DNA of 61,319 nucleotides, counting the filler. It is 5 parts of 5 records of this genome, joined end to end, with 100 filler letters (N's around TTAATTAATTAA, not from the genome) between each part and the next. Parts side by side here need not be neighbours in the genome. Positions count along the whole stretch, not along the records: positions 34,016 to 40,306 come from SRR20825019_2861; positions 40,407 to 52,425 come from SRR20825019_2863; 3 more parts are not named here. One strand, written 5' to 3'. The position numbers and the translations under genes were made by a program. Positions 35,448 through 46,565 of this stretch are shown here, one piece after another. Under the pieces are notes generated by a model. It was given only the letters and a program-made list of their open reading frames with translations, searched no databases and was not told where the DNA came from. Each line of letters begins with the position of its first letter. Within the stretch, counting starts at the first letter, position 1.

Positions 35448-37715
35448 TTGAAAAAACTATCGCTCCTATTATCGTTTATTATTATCATGGCGCTTACCGC
35501 TTGGCGTTTTTATGATTTAATGCCACAGAAGGAATTTTCTCCTCAAACTTTTTCTACGGAAAACACGCTAAATCACATTAAAAAAATTGCCGAAAAACCA
35601 CATTTCGTTGGTTCTAAATCGCATGCCGAAGTAAAAGAATACATTATTTCTGAACTACAAAAAATAGGTTTAACAACAGAAGTTCAAAAGGGATACACAA
35701 GTGGCGACTGGGGAAATCTGAGCTATGCGCAAAATATTGTAGCTAAAATAGACGGATCCGAAGAAGGGAAAGCCTTGGTTTTAATGTCTCATTACGATAG
35801 CAACCCTCATTCTTCTCTGGGTGCAAGCGATGATGCCGTTGGCGTGGCAGTAATCTTAGAAGGCATCCGCTCCTATTTAGAAGCTGGGAAAAAACCAAAA
35901 AATGATATTATAGTTTTATTTACCGATGCTGAAGAATTAGGCTTAAATGGAGCTCAGTTATTTGTAAATGAGAGTCCGCTAAAAAACAATATTGGACTCA
36001 TCCTCAATTTTGAAGCCAGAGGTAGTGGCGGCCCTAGCTATATGTTGATGGAAACCAATGGTGGAAATAAAAATATGATTGAATCTTTTAATGAAGCGAA
36101 TCCACAATTTCCTGTTGCCAACTCTTTAACTTATAGCATTTATAAAATGCTTCCAAACGACACCGATTTGACTGTTTTTAGAGAAGATTCTAATATTAAT
36201 GGGTTTAATTTTGCCTTTATAGACGACCATTTTGACTACCATACCGCCAATGATAGTTTTGAGAACGTTGACAAAAACACTTTACAACATCAAATTTCAT
36301 ATCTAATTCCGTTACTAAATTTTTATGGAGATTATGACCTAAACTCTATAAAATCCAATCTTGACTACATCTATTTCGATATCCCAGTATTTAATTTTGT
36401 TTACTATCCGTTTAGTTGGATTTTTCCAATGCTACTAATAGCCTTTACAATATGGATTGTGCTTGTTTATATAGGTGTTAAAAACAGAAAACTCTCTGGC
36501 AAAGGCATTCTTAAGGGCTTTTTAACATTCCTTGTCTCTTTGCTAATTAATGGACTTATTGGCTATTTTAGTTGGACAGCATTAAAAGAGTTATATCCAC
36601 AATACCAAGATATTCTGCATGGATTTACATATAATGGACATTTATATATTGCTAGTTTTACTGCATTGAGTTTTGGGATTTGCTTTTATGCCTATTCAAA
36701 AATTAAGGATATTTCTGTTCCAAATCTTCTTATTACACCTCTCCTTTTTTGGTTGGTAATTTGCTCGGGGATTGCAATATATTTAAAAGGAGCTAGCTTT
36801 TTTATTATTCCTGTATTTGCAGCTTTAGGAGCCTTATTTATCCTTATAAATCAAAAAAAGAAGAGTCCGTCGCTACTTTTCTTAATTATATTATGTATTC
36901 CCGCTTTATGGATTTTTGCGCCATTAATACAAATGTTTCCTGTTGGATTAGGACTAAAAATATTAATTGCATCCTGCGTTTTAAGTGTGCTTTTATTTGG
37001 ACTCTTACTTCCTGTATTCGGTTTTTATAAAAACAAAAAAGCATACGCCTATTTAGGGTTTGTTCTGGCTATACTTTTATTTGCTTCTGCACATTTCCAA
37101 TCCAATTTCACCAAAGAAATGCCACATCCAACTAGTTTATTATACGTTTTAGATAGTGATACAAATACCTCACAATGGGCAACTTACAATAAAGTTTTAG
37201 ATCCTTGGACTTCAGCATATTTTAATGAGAATAATACTTTTTCTGAAGATAAAATAAAATTTAGCAGTAAATACGGAACTGTGTTTACACATACCTCCAA
37301 AGCTCCCATAAAGGAAATTCTTGCCCCTACTATTAACATTGAAAAAGATACTGTTATTAACAATAAAAGACACGTTAGAATATGTGTTACACCTCGTAGA
37401 GAAGTAAATCGTTTAGAAATTACTACAAACAATGTCAACATATTGAGCTGTAATGTAAATGGCATTTCTTTTTCTGAAGATTTTTTAAAAAAACGAGGAA
37501 GCCGACTTTTAACACATTACATTAGTAATAATGATTATTCTGAAATAAATTTAGTATTTTATGCTACTGAAAAACCTGTTCTAACTTTTTTTGAAGCTTC
37601 AAATAATTTGTTAGAACATGCATTATTCAGTGTTCCTGTCAGACCTGAAAATGCAATCCCCATGCCTTTTGTTTTAAATGATGCTATATTGATTAAAAAA
37701 ACATTAGAACTATAA
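35448..37715 (+). CDS. M28-family membrane peptidase
   Basis: SHYDS, GASDD, DAEELGLNGA, NFEARG, YHT followed by multiple TM helices. Confidence 0.9.
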   Translation: MKKLSLLLSFIIIMALTAWRFYDLMPQKEFSPQTFSTENTLNHIKKIAEKPHFVGSKSHAEVKEYIISELQKIGLTTEVQKGYTSGDWGNLSYAQNIVAKIDGSEEGKALVLMSHYDSNPHSSLGASDDAVGVAVILEGIRSYLEAGKKPKNDIIVLFTDAEELGLNGAQLFVNESPLKNNIGLILNFEARGSGGPSYMLMETNGGNKNMIESFNEANPQFPVANSLTYSIYKMLPNDTDLTVFREDSNINGFNFAFIDDHFDYHTANDSFENVDKNTLQHQISYLIPLLNFYGDYDLNSIKSNLDYIYFDIPVFNFVYYPFSWIFPMLLIAFTIWIVLVYIGVKNRKLSGKGILKGFLTFLVSLLINGLIGYFSWTALKELYPQYQDILHGFTYNGHLYIASFTALSFGICFYAYSKIKDISVPNLLITPLLFWLVICSGIAIYLKGASFFIIPVFAALGALFILINQKKKSPSLLFLIILCIPALWIFAPLIQMFPVGLGLKILIASCVLSVLLFGLLLPVFGFYKNKKAYAYLGFVLAILLFASAHFQSNFTKEMPHPTSLLYVLDSDTNTSQWATYNKVLDPWTSAYFNENNTFSEDKIKFSSKYGTVFTHTSKAPIKEILAPTINIEKDTVINNKRHVRICVTPRREVNRLEITTNNVNILSCNVNGISFSEDFLKKRGSRLLTHYISNNDYSEINLVFYATEKPVLTFFEASNNLLEHALFSVPVRPENAIPMPFVLNDAILIKKTLEL

Positions 37716-38527
37716 TGCCGAAAAAAATTGCTGTACTTGGTTGTGGTTGGTTAGGATTTCCACTTGCAAAATCTTTTGTAGAAAAAGGCTATGCTGTAAA
37801 TGGAGCCACTACTTCTGTGGATAAAATTTTAAACATTGCCCACCAAAAAATAAATCCATTTCTATTAGCTGTACACAAGCATCATATAGAAGGAAATATT
37901 AGTTATTTTCTTCAAGATACAGATGTATTAATTATTAATATCCCGCCTCGAATTCGCAAAAATTCTGAAGCTAATTACATTTCAAAAATTAAAACGCTTT
38001 CAGAAAAAATAGAACAATCAAATGTCAAAAAGGTACTTTTTGTGAGTAGCTCATCAGTTTATGCTAATGATAATTCTATTGTAGATGAAAATACCCCTGC
38101 AAAACCTCAAACTGAAAGCGGAAAACAAATTTTAGCTTCCGAAGAGCTTCTTCAAAAGAATCCAAATTTCAAAACAACTGTAATTCGTTTTTCTGGATTG
38201 TATGGAGGAGACAGGCATCCAGTAAATACCCTTTCAGGAAAAAAAAACATTGCCAATCCAAATGCACCAGTTAATTTAATCCATTTAGAAGATTGTATTG
38301 GTATTATCAATAAAGTTATTGAAAAAGAAGTTTGGGGAATTACTCTAAACGCTTCCGCTCCTATACACCCTTCAAAAGAAGAATATTATACTGAGCAGGC
38401 AAATAAATTAGGCATCAAGATTCCTCAGTTTGAAAACACTAAACAAACCAAAGGAAAAACCATTACCTCTACATTAATTAACACTTATTTATCATATAAT
38501 TTTATCTATCCAAACCTAGAATATTAA
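37715..38527 (+). CDS. NAD-dependent epimerase/atypical SDR (YeeZ-like)
   Basis: VLGCGWLG, FVSSSSVY, RFSGLYG, VNLIHLEDC. Confidence 0.85.
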   Translation: MPKKIAVLGCGWLGFPLAKSFVEKGYAVNGATTSVDKILNIAHQKINPFLLAVHKHHIEGNISYFLQDTDVLIINIPPRIRKNSEANYISKIKTLSEKIEQSNVKKVLFVSSSSVYANDNSIVDENTPAKPQTESGKQILASEELLQKNPNFKTTVIRFSGLYGGDRHPVNTLSGKKNIANPNAPVNLIHLEDCIGIINKVIEKEVWGITLNASAPIHPSKEEYYTEQANKLGIKIPQFENTKQTKGKTITSTLINTYLSYNFIYPNLEY

Positions 38528-38716
38528 TAGCTCTTAAAAACCTTAACACATGGAGTATTTTCTAGTTAAATATAGGTTAAACAGCTTAAAAGCTGAATTT
38601 TGAACGCTTACTTCTTTGTAATTTTACAGTGTAAAAGAAATTGAATTAGTTTTCATTTATAAAAAACACATAAAAATTTTAGGTTAGGTTTTTAAGTTAG
38701 TTTAGATTAGTTTATT

Positions 38717-38761
38717 AAAAAGGAGTATTGTTTGTCCATAAGAACAATGCTCCTTTTTTTT
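38717..38761 (+). terminator. Intrinsic terminator ending an intergenic sRNA-like segment
   Basis: AAAAAGGAGTATTGTT/AACAATGCTCCTTTTTTTT. Confidence 0.7.
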
Positions 38762-38876
38762 ATGCTTTTGCATAGATTTAATATTTTTATTGAATAATTT
38801 TAATAGATTTGGCAGGTTAAACTGAAGTAGCAGACGTAAACCGCTTCATGTTATTTTTAAACTACAATTTTCTACT

Positions 38877-39611
38877 ATGAAACATTCTATAATACTTTTG
38901 GTTTTTTTAGCATCTTTTGCTGGATTTTCTCAAAATAACAGTACTCTTTCTCAGCATTATGAAGCATTTTACAAGCAAATGAAAGAACAAGGCGATGTTA
39001 GAGGCGTAATTAATGCTTTGACGCATTTAAATGTATTGAGTCCAAATGAGGCAAGAAAAGATACATTGGCATATTTTTACAGTAATTCTGGGCAACATGC
39101 TCAAGCTATTAATCTGTTAGGTGCCGAGAAAGACACTAAAGCATCTAACCTTGCGGTAGAAGTAAAAGCTAGGTCTTTAAAAGCTTTAAATCAACCGCAA
39201 TTAGCAGTTCAACAGTTTGATATTATGTTCAGCAGAAAACCAGATATCTATATTGCTTATGATTTGGTTGATCTTAATTTACAAATCGGAAAAACTGTAG
39301 AGGCTGCCACCTATATTAAGTATGGTCTTGAGCATTCTACGGATGAAGATATGCTTCCTTTCTATGAGTCTAATCCTCCTTACCAAGTGCCTCTAAAAGC
39401 TGCTTTTAAATATCAAGAAGGACTTTTAAAATATAATGAAGATAAAGAAAATATTGACGCTTCTATAAAACTTGTAGATGAAGCTATTGTAATGGCTCCA
39501 AATTTTAAATTGGCAAAGCAAATAAGACAACTCTTATTAAACCAGAAAGAAGCTGGTAATGCTGAAAAAGCTAAACTTACTCCTAATACAACTACTCCAA
39601 AAGAGAATTAA
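38877..39611 (+). CDS. Secreted helical-repeat (TPR-like) hypothetical protein
   Basis: Signal peptide MKHSIILLVFLASFAGFSQ; Ala-rich helical repeats. Confidence 0.65.
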   Translation: MKHSIILLVFLASFAGFSQNNSTLSQHYEAFYKQMKEQGDVRGVINALTHLNVLSPNEARKDTLAYFYSNSGQHAQAINLLGAEKDTKASNLAVEVKARSLKALNQPQLAVQQFDIMFSRKPDIYIAYDLVDLNLQIGKTVEAATYIKYGLEHSTDEDMLPFYESNPPYQVPLKAAFKYQEGLLKYNEDKENIDASIKLVDEAIVMAPNFKLAKQIRQLLLNQKEAGNAEKAKLTPNTTTPKEN

Positions 39612-39630
39612 TTTCTCCAATTTATTATAA

Positions 39631-39670
39631 TAAAACTCCCTAAATAGTTTTAAACTGTTTAGGGAGTTTT
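39631..39670. terminator. Bidirectional terminator
   Basis: AAAACTCCCTAAA/TTTAGGGAGTTTT. Confidence 0.8.
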
Positions 39671-39693
39671 TATTTTATTGACTGTAATGCAGA

Positions 39694-39929
39694 CTAATTT
39701 TCGTCGATCCACTTGTATAAATAATCCAAATCAAAACCCAATGTAGTTAAGTTTGTTTTTAGATGCATTGCTGGAATTTCCTTATACTGACTTCTAAATG
39801 TTATTGTTCGAAAACAATTTGGGCATTTCCAATGCTCATGTGAAGTTCCTTTATGGCGTTTTTTGGAGCAATTGTGAGCTTTTAAAATTCTATCCAATCT
39901 TTAAGTTTAACTGGTCTATTATTTCCCAA
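39694..39929 (-). pseudogene. HicA-like mRNA interferase toxin, frameshifted by a 1-nt loss in a T run
   Basis: TTG start MGNNRPVKLKDWIEF then TAA; one extra T gives LKAHNCSKKRHKGTSHEHW, a HicA-like GxH motif. Confidence 0.6.
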
Positions 39930-39932
39930 ACC

Positions 39933-40298
39933 TTAAACATTTGCTGGTTCCAAAATAGTTTTTTTAACTTGTTTTGGAGAATCAAAATTCTGTAATACTC
40001 CTTTATCATCAACATAAGCCGAAGAGTATTGTTGTTTAAAAAATTTATTTCGTGACCAACCCAGATTTTTTAATTCAGCATCTCTTTGACCTTGAGACAA
40101 TTTAAATAAGTCATCACAAAGAACCTTAAGATTGTATTCTAAGTCTTTGATAGCTTCTTTTTCTGTATCCCCATAACCAGAAACGTTTAAAGAAGGAATA
40201 ATACTTACCCAATACTCTCCCGATTTTCCAGTGAAATTTAAAAGTTTTCCTTTTAAACCATCATGAGTTAATTTTAGATGCTCTTTATTTTCAGTCAT
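39933..40298 (-). CDS. HicB-like antitoxin
   Basis: YWVSIIPSLNVSGYGDTEKEAIKDL resembles the HicB N-terminal fold. Confidence 0.6.
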   Translation of the reverse strand: MTENKEHLKLTHDGLKGKLLNFTGKSGEYWVSIIPSLNVSGYGDTEKEAIKDLEYNLKVLCDDLFKLSQGQRDAELKNLGWSRNKFFKQQYSSAYVDDKGVLQNFDSPKQVKKTILEPANV

Positions 40299-40306
40299 TT
40301 ATACTA

Positions 40307-40406
40307 NNNNNNNNNNNNNNNNNNNNNNNNNNNNNNNNNNNNNNNNNNNNTTAATTAATTAANNNNNNNNNNNNNNNNNNNNNNNNNNNNNNNNNNNNNN
40401 NNNNNN
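40307..40406. other. Artificial contig linker
   Basis: N-TTAATTAATTAA-N. Confidence 0.98.
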
Positions 40407-40902
40407 CCCCCCCCCCCCCCCCCCCCTTTCCCCCCCGTGGACACCACCTTCCAGTAGGCACAAGAACCACTCACCCGCGTGGAGCAGACTGCCCTGGGTC
40501 TTGGTGTTCACCAGGCTGGCAGAGTTTGGGCACAGACCAAGGAGGTACTCCAACACCTCGTCCGCGCACTCCGCTCCTACGCTACGGCACGCGAGGTGGA
40601 ATGGTGTCTGTGGCGGACAGTCCCGGCCGTCAGTCTTTCCGACCATTCATGGCCGGGATTGCCACCCGCCCATCGCTGACCAGCAGCACTCCCCACTCAC
40701 CTGCCCATTGGAGTTTGGCGTCGCAGCAGCCTCGGGGTCCGGCACGGCCCTACGCACGTCGTCGGCCGTGTATGCCCCGTCCTTCCACGAGGAATAAGCG
40801 TCTCTGTTCGCGGCTGTGAGGGCGGACTCGACCTGACGCAATCAGTTAGTCCTGCCTTACTGTCAACAAGGCCCGGCTTACCGCTTCGTCGCCCCCTGGC
40901 AT
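40407..40902 (-). CDS. Ankyrin-like protein, multi-exon, 3'-truncated
   Basis: MPGGDEA|VESAL...NSNGQ|TPFHLAC across GT-AG introns. Confidence 0.5.
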
Positions 40903-42230
40903 TTATCCCACACTGATGCCCTTAATGTGAAACCACCAGGGAGCGAGGTAGTTCAGGGGCGCAGGGACTACACTCCGTGCCGTGACATAATGGCCGACCG
41001 GAGTATTTGTACTTGGAAGGAGGGAGGCATACGTTTGCTCTGTCAGTGGGCGGAGGGGTCGACCTCAAGGTCGACAGAGGCCCACTCGTCGCAGTCGCCG
41101 GCATCATGGCCGCGGCGATGGGCAGGTGCGGCTCATGACTCGGCCCCACTGGGACGCCTATCGGCCCAGGTGACTCCCCAGGCTCGGGCATGCCACTGGC
41201 GGGTTGCCGGAGGCTTGAACGCGCCGGGGGGGAGCGTGGCCCCGGAGGCGCAGCCCCGCCGGCGACTCTTTGAACTGGCCCCGGCTCAGGCAGCGCCGGA
41301 CCTGGGCAGCCGTAGTGTCACTCTCTGCGGACCCGGCGGGTGTCATCACTCTCGGACTGCTTTGGCGAGGGCGCGCCCTAAGCCGAGACTACAAAACCCC
41401 GACTGCAAAAATTCGCTACATCGCTAAATTCGTAATATCGAGGGCTCATCGTCGTCGACCACCTCCCATGCGGTGTCTGGCTGGTGTGAGGCACTCGTGA
41501 ATGGTGAACTTGCCGTTCCGGGTAAGGGCCCAACACACGTTGTGACCCGTGCTCGCATGGAGCAGTCCAAGCCGTTGGTCGGCCCGACGATGCCATCAGC
41601 CGGCCTGCATGCTAATGACTGAGTGCGCCGATCGACGAGGCTCCGGCGCTACCACGCCAGGCTCCCGGTCGCCCCCAGGGGCTGCCCGCCGGCCGGCCGC
41701 CCGGCCCGTGCCAGCACTGCCCGGCCGCGCGGCACGCGACCGCAAGGCCTGCCGCGGCCCGTCCCCTGCGGGGCCGGGTGGAGGTTCACGGCAGCTCGGA
41801 GACAGTCGTGACCCGTCACGGCCCCGGGCCCGGCGCGGCGGGTAAGAGGCCCGCTGAACCGCTGCGAGCTAGGAGCGCTCTGTGGTCTGCCCCCCGGGCC
41901 GGGGCCGCGGCCGCCCCGGACCGAGACCGAGGCCACCAAGAAGGCAGAACAGGCCTTGACGGAGCCTGCCAAAGTTGCGAAGGCACTGACCGCATGGCGT
42001 TCCGCGGCGGAGAAATTGACGAGCACCACCAGCGGCCGAGCACGCGGCGCCGGCGCGTCGCCGGGGCGGGACGCCGGGCGGTGGTTCATTAGGCGTTGGC
42101 GGGACTGTTGCTCCTAGCCGGACAGACGTGTCCTCGCGCGACCCCGGGTCTACAAGTATATGGGTGGAGTGATGCGCTGGGCAATCATCCTAGTTAGGTC
42201 TTCCTATTCCAAGGCATTGTCGTTGACGCC

Positions 42231-45200
42231 ATGTCTCAGGTAATGCGCGCGGGTTTGGTCGGGTTAATTTCCTAATGCTGTGGACAGGGTGGGAGGAATC
42301 CGTTTGCAATGAGCGGCCCGCCGCCGCCACCAACTGCGGCCGCGATGAACCAGGTCGCACAGCAGCAGCCTCAGCAACCACAGCAGGGTTATGGCCAGCC
42401 GCCCGCTCCGGTAAGATTGCCGCTTGATCTTTCTTTCTTTCTTTCTTTTTTTTTTCTTTTTTATCGGGTCGTTCTGACGGGCGGGCAGGGATACGGGCAG
42501 CCTGGAGGCTTCGCACCCCCGGGCGGACCGCCCCAGCAGTTCGGGGCACCACCTCCAGCCATGGGTGCCCCCGCTGCGCCGCAGGGGAACTACGGAGGCT
42601 TTGCTCCTCCTCCGGCCGGCGCAGCGCCTGGTGGAATGGCACCTCCCCCTGGGCCTCCGGGACCTGGCCAGTTCGGCGCTCCACCCCCCGGGCCACCCCA
42701 GGCTGGCTTTGGCGCCCCGCCTCAAGGCCCTCCGCAAGGCCCTCCGCAAGGCCCGCCCCAGGGACCACCGGCCGGCGGTGCAGCCCCTGCTGCCGCCCCG
42801 CCTCAGCCTCAGGTATTGACCTCAGTGCGTGTAGAGCGTGCACCGTGTTCTGATGGTCCGGGCGCAGGTTGCCTTTTATAACCCTGCCACCGGCCAGGCT
42901 GGCGCCCCTCCTACCTCTACTGCACCCCCTGCTGCCGGACCTCCCAAGCCTGACTACAGGTACGGGTTCGAGCCCAGTAGGCAAACACATCTAATTTTTT
43001 TTTCGCCCCCTTTGCAGCGTGCCTTCTGCGTTTGGTGGTGATGGTGACAATTGGGGTGCTCCTCCGACTGGCCCCCCGGGGCCCGGTCAGGCGCCGGCCC
43101 CTGGCGGCGCCGCCCCGCCGATGTACAACCCTGGAGTTGCGGGTAACCAAAATAATGGGTACAACTGCTATGAGTGGTCTCGACTAATGCATCTCAACAG
43201 GAGGCCCCGCCGCTCCGCAGCGCGCCGGAGCGCCCCAGCAGCAGCAGTTGATCGACAACTTCATGACGCTTAATATCAGCGGCGGCGCCCAGGGCCCGCC
43301 TGGGTCCAATGCCCCTGCGGGCCCCGACCCCGCCACCCTCCCGCGCCCTGATACTCTTGTGGACGACCCTGCGAACTCAACGGTACGAAGTGAAATATTG
43401 ATGGATCCAGTTGTGGGTTAGGGTTAGGTGGGGTTCCGGGCTATCGTCCGCTGTGATGGATTCAACTGCTATGTTTTATCGATGTATTTATATTTCCAGC
43501 TTTTCTGCGTGCTGACCATTCTTTGCCTCAGGCGCCTAAGGTGGTCAACCCCTACATGAGAATGACGACAAACGTTATCCCCGAGACCGCCACCTCCCGC
43601 CTCAAATCTGGCATTCCTCTCGGCGCTGTGGTGCAGCCCCTTGCCCGCCCGGTGGATGGCAAAGATATCCCAGTCGTCAATTTTGGTGCCAGTGGGGTAA
43701 TCCGCTGCCGTCGCTGCAGGACCTACGTCAACCCGTAAGTTCCCCCCGGTAATCCCGCCGCCGCGCGGCCTGACCGCGCATTGTCTCTAAATATAGATAC
43801 GTTTCATGGATGGACAATGGGCGCCGGTGGAGGTGCAATCTGTGCTCGCTGCTCAATGACGTTCCGGGAGACTACTTCTGCACGCTTGATGCTGATGGAC
43901 AGGTGGGCTTGGCCTTCGTTGTAGGGGGATAAATCGTTACTTAATGTGGTCTTGTAGCGTCTGGACAAGAACGACCGCGCCGAGCTCTCTTGTCCTAGCG
44001 TGGAGTTTGTTGCTCCCCAGGAGTATATGGTCCGGCCCCCGCAGCCGCCGGCGTATCTCTTCGTAATTGATGTCTCCGCCAAGGCCGTTCACACCGGCAT
44101 GGTGGCGGATGCCGCCAATGCGATCCGCGGGTGAGTTCTGTGCCCGCACGTGTAATAGAATTTTTTTTTTTTGGGGGGGATGTGGCGAGGAGATGATGAC
44201 AGATTCGATCTTGAGATTGGAAACTGATCCTGTGTGATGCAGCGTTTTGGATAGGTTGCCCGGCGGGACCCGCACTCAGGTCGGCTTCGTGACCTTTGAC
44301 AACGCGATCCACTTCTACAACCTCAAGTCCTCTCTCACGCAGCCTCAGATGCTGGTGATATCCGACTTCACCGACATATTCCTACCAACCGTCAACGACG
44401 AGCTCCTTGTGAACCTCTGTGACTCGCGCGAGGTGGTGGACTCGTTCTTGGATCGGTTGCCGACGATGTTCAACCAGACCCAAATCGTCGAGAACTGCCT
44501 CGGCCCCGCCCTCAAGGCTTCGTACACGCTGCTCCAGGCTATTGGCGGCAAGATGCTGGTGTTCCAGAGTGGTCTGCCCACCCTGGGCATGGGTCGCCTG
44601 GCAAACCGTTCCACTGTCACCCAGGCACCGGGCGCCAAGGGCGGCGCCGGATCGAACTTGGTGAGTGCCGTTTGACAGCTGATTTTGTGCGATAGATGTT
44701 ATGGATATTGTGGTGTCGATGTATAGAATACTATGGTTCCGAAAGTGATCTAACGGCTATTTTTGTAGCTTTTGTCCGAGGAGAAGTTCTTCAAGAATCT
44801 GGCTGTGGAGTGCAGCCGGCAGCAGATCTGCGTAGACATGTTCCTGTTCAGTGACCAGTACACGGACGCCGCCACGCTTGGCTCCCTGCCCCGCTTCACT
44901 TGTGGAGACTTGTTCCACTACAGGGGCTATCTCTCCGCTCGGGACGGGCCGAAGTTCACGTCGGAGCTCCAGAACGTGCTGACACGCGAGACGGGATGGG
45001 AAGCGGTGATGAGGATTCGTTGCACCAAGGGTCTCAAGATCTCCAACTTTTACGGTCACTTCTTCATCCGCGGCACAGACCTCCTGGCCCTGCCCAACGT
45101 GGACAGCGACAAGGCCTTCGCGGTCCAGATCACCCACGAGGAGCAGGTGCTGGCCGCCGGCAAGGCCAGCATGCAGTGTGCCCTCCTATACACAACCTCC

Positions 45201-46445
45201 AGCGGCGAGCGAAGGATTCGGGTTCACACCATCTGTCTTGATATCACGGCCAACTATGGTGGTATGTCACCGGTGTCCAAGTGCCGCGGAAATTTTGCTA
45301 ACGCCGGGCTGCAGATCTTTTCAAGTGTGCGGACGCGAACGTAATTGCGAACCTTACGGGCAAGATGGTTATTGACCGAGTGTTCCACACGGCCAACATA
45401 CAGGTCCGCGTGATTGTGGCCCCTCGGTGATATCCGATGTCCTGACCCACCGATGTTTATATTCCACAGGCATCTCGGGAGGAATTGCAGAACAAGTGCC
45501 AAGAGATTCTCGGTGCGTACCGGAGTGCGTGCAGCAACTCGTACAAGGCAGCCAACCAGCTTATCTTCCCCGAATGTGAGTGCGATTGAAATCCTATCTC
45601 AATGTGGATTGGTTCCGTTCGAGACCTAAGTGTTTTTTTTTTTTTTTTTTTTTTCCAGCTTTGAGGCTCCTACCATTGAACACGCTTGCAATGATGAAGA
45701 ATTTGTGCGTGCGCATGGACCAGGAGATCACCCCCGACGACCGTGTGGTGGCCATGGAAGTAGGTTTGTGGGGAGCCTCGCCGATTCATTCTCTGATACA
45801 TGTTCCTTTGTAGCGGTTCACCACAATGCCGGTGTCGGGATCCATCCCCTACATCACCCCGCGTCTGTTTGGTGTGCACGAGCTGCCCGCTGGCGTCGGG
45901 GAGCCCAGTGAGAATGGCGCCATTAAGCTGCCGCCCCTTGTCCCACTGACTCGCGACTGCCTCAACCCCGCTGGATGCTACCTGCTGAACAACGGTACGG
46001 ATTTTAACGGGCGGCTCATTTTGGGCGTTGGAGGCACTTACGTTTTCTCTACTGACAGGCCTCGAGTCCATTCTGTGGATCGGACGTGAACTTCCGGGCA
46101 ACCTTTTGCAGTCATTGTTTGGTGTCGGGAATATGGACGGGGTCAACTATACCGTGCCCAACTTTGTTCGCGATCAGGGTAATCCCCACTCGCAGAAGTT
46201 GATGGCCATCATCAACACGCTCCAGAACCTCCATCCGCCTTTCCAGAACCTGACTGTCGCACGCCAGGGCGATGTGACCGAAGCAAGGGTAGGTCGGATT
46301 CGATTCCTCGCATTGCCATGCTAATTTTTTTTTTTTTCCCTCTCAGTTCCAGACCTTCCTGCTCGAGGACCGATCGCAGACCATGATGGGTTACGGCGAG
46401 TTCCTTGCCCACCTGCATCGCATCATCTCTTCGAAGCCCATGTGA
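42231..46445 (+). CDS. SEC24: COPII coat protein Sec24, multi-exon
   Basis: Pro/Gly-rich N-terminus; Zn finger [66 protein letters not shown]. Confidence 0.95.
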
Positions 46446-46565
46446 TCCGTAGTATACCCGTAGACACTCAAATGAAAGGTCCCCTATTGGGGAGTTTGTG
46501 AATATGGTTTTGTTGTGGCAGCCAAGGGCTTGTTTATATTGAGAGCACACACTAGGCCCGTGCGA

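Noticed and set aside
26926-40306. Bacteria-to-eukaryote HGT island
   Set aside because: The bacterial segments are separate contigs bounded by linkers
43416-43430. GGGTTAGGGTTAGG telomere-like sequence (also GGTTAGGGTT at 3521)
   Set aside because: Only about two units, internal to an intron or spacer
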